The notes beneath the pieces were generated by a model, which worked only from the letters and a program-made list of their open reading frames with translations, was not told the origin of the DNA and searched no databases. From Octopus bimaculoides (taxonomy: Eukaryota): 64,000 bases of DNA. The stretch lies in assembly GCF_001194135.2 (NCBI RefSeq), contig NC_068985.1:70679601-70743600 (forward strand). The letters run 5' to 3'. Made by a program: the position numbers and the translations under genes. The stretch's first letter is position 1. Every line of letters begins with the position of its first letter. Positions 63,331-64,000 of this stretch are shown here, piece by piece.

Positions 63331-64000
63331 TGGTGATATTTATTTGCTGCATATTTATTTGCTGTTATTGATAGTCATAGTAGTTCCGGTGGTGGTGACG
63401 ATGTTTACTTGCAATGAGGTGAGAACGTTAAATCATACGTATTTTCTTTTAAATTACAGTTCACATCAATAAAGTACTCCGCTGTCAACTTCTTACTACT
63501 TAAAAAAATAAAAACACCTCCATAGCCTCCATTAACCAATACTTTACCAAAATCATCACCACACAAAATTATTACAGTTCTCAATGTATGTAGATGCATA
63601 TAGCTCTATAAGTATGTATATGTGTGTTTACTCGCGCGTATAAATGTTACTCCATTCATTCAACAGCGTTTCATTCATTTTGTATCCCATCATTTCACTG
63701 TTACCGCCTCCACTAACACTTGTCTAATAGTTTCTGCCTTGCCATCTTTCCCTGACTTTTTATGTACATCCCACTCTCTGTTTCTATTTACCTAGATAGG
63801 TAGATAGATATATATATCAAAGTATCAATCTTGCTTGCTATTTGTAGTCGTTTGCACCATCACAAAATTAAGAGAACGAATATTCTAAGTAATTGTGTGT
63901 AAATGTGAGTGGGTGAGTATGCCTGTCTATCTGTGCGTGCGTGTGTGTGTGTGTGTTCATGTGTGTATGTATAAATGTATGTATGTATGCATACATATGT

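Overview
AT-rich, repeat-dense eukaryotic draft genomic DNA with 16 N-gaps, most flanked by microsatellites. The tRNA-derived SINE families and (TA/TG/TAA)n load suggest a cephalopod, probably Octopus (inference from pattern recognition, not a search). I find no intact protein-coding gene, rRNA, true tRNA or CRISPR array; nearly all listed ORFs are microsatellite or N-gap artefacts. The window holds about 20 SINE copies (families A, B, C, E are my labels), seven R4/Dong-type non-LTR fragments all on the minus strand, and Penelope-like (PLE) remnants. It also holds a Merlin DNA transposon with TIRs and an exact 8-bp TSD (36133-37435), a full-length but broken DD37D maT transposon (39503-40757), a mariner remnant, and hAT and mariner MITEs. 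The most interesting signal is a type I hammerhead ribozyme fold with an intact core on the minus strand at 2830-2885, inside a ~330-bp repeat unit that recurs at 70-700 with a degenerate copy, a PLE pLTR or retrozyme-like arrangement. Weak plus-strand splice signals near 61.8-62.0 kb and the antisense bias of LINEs hint that the window may be intronic.
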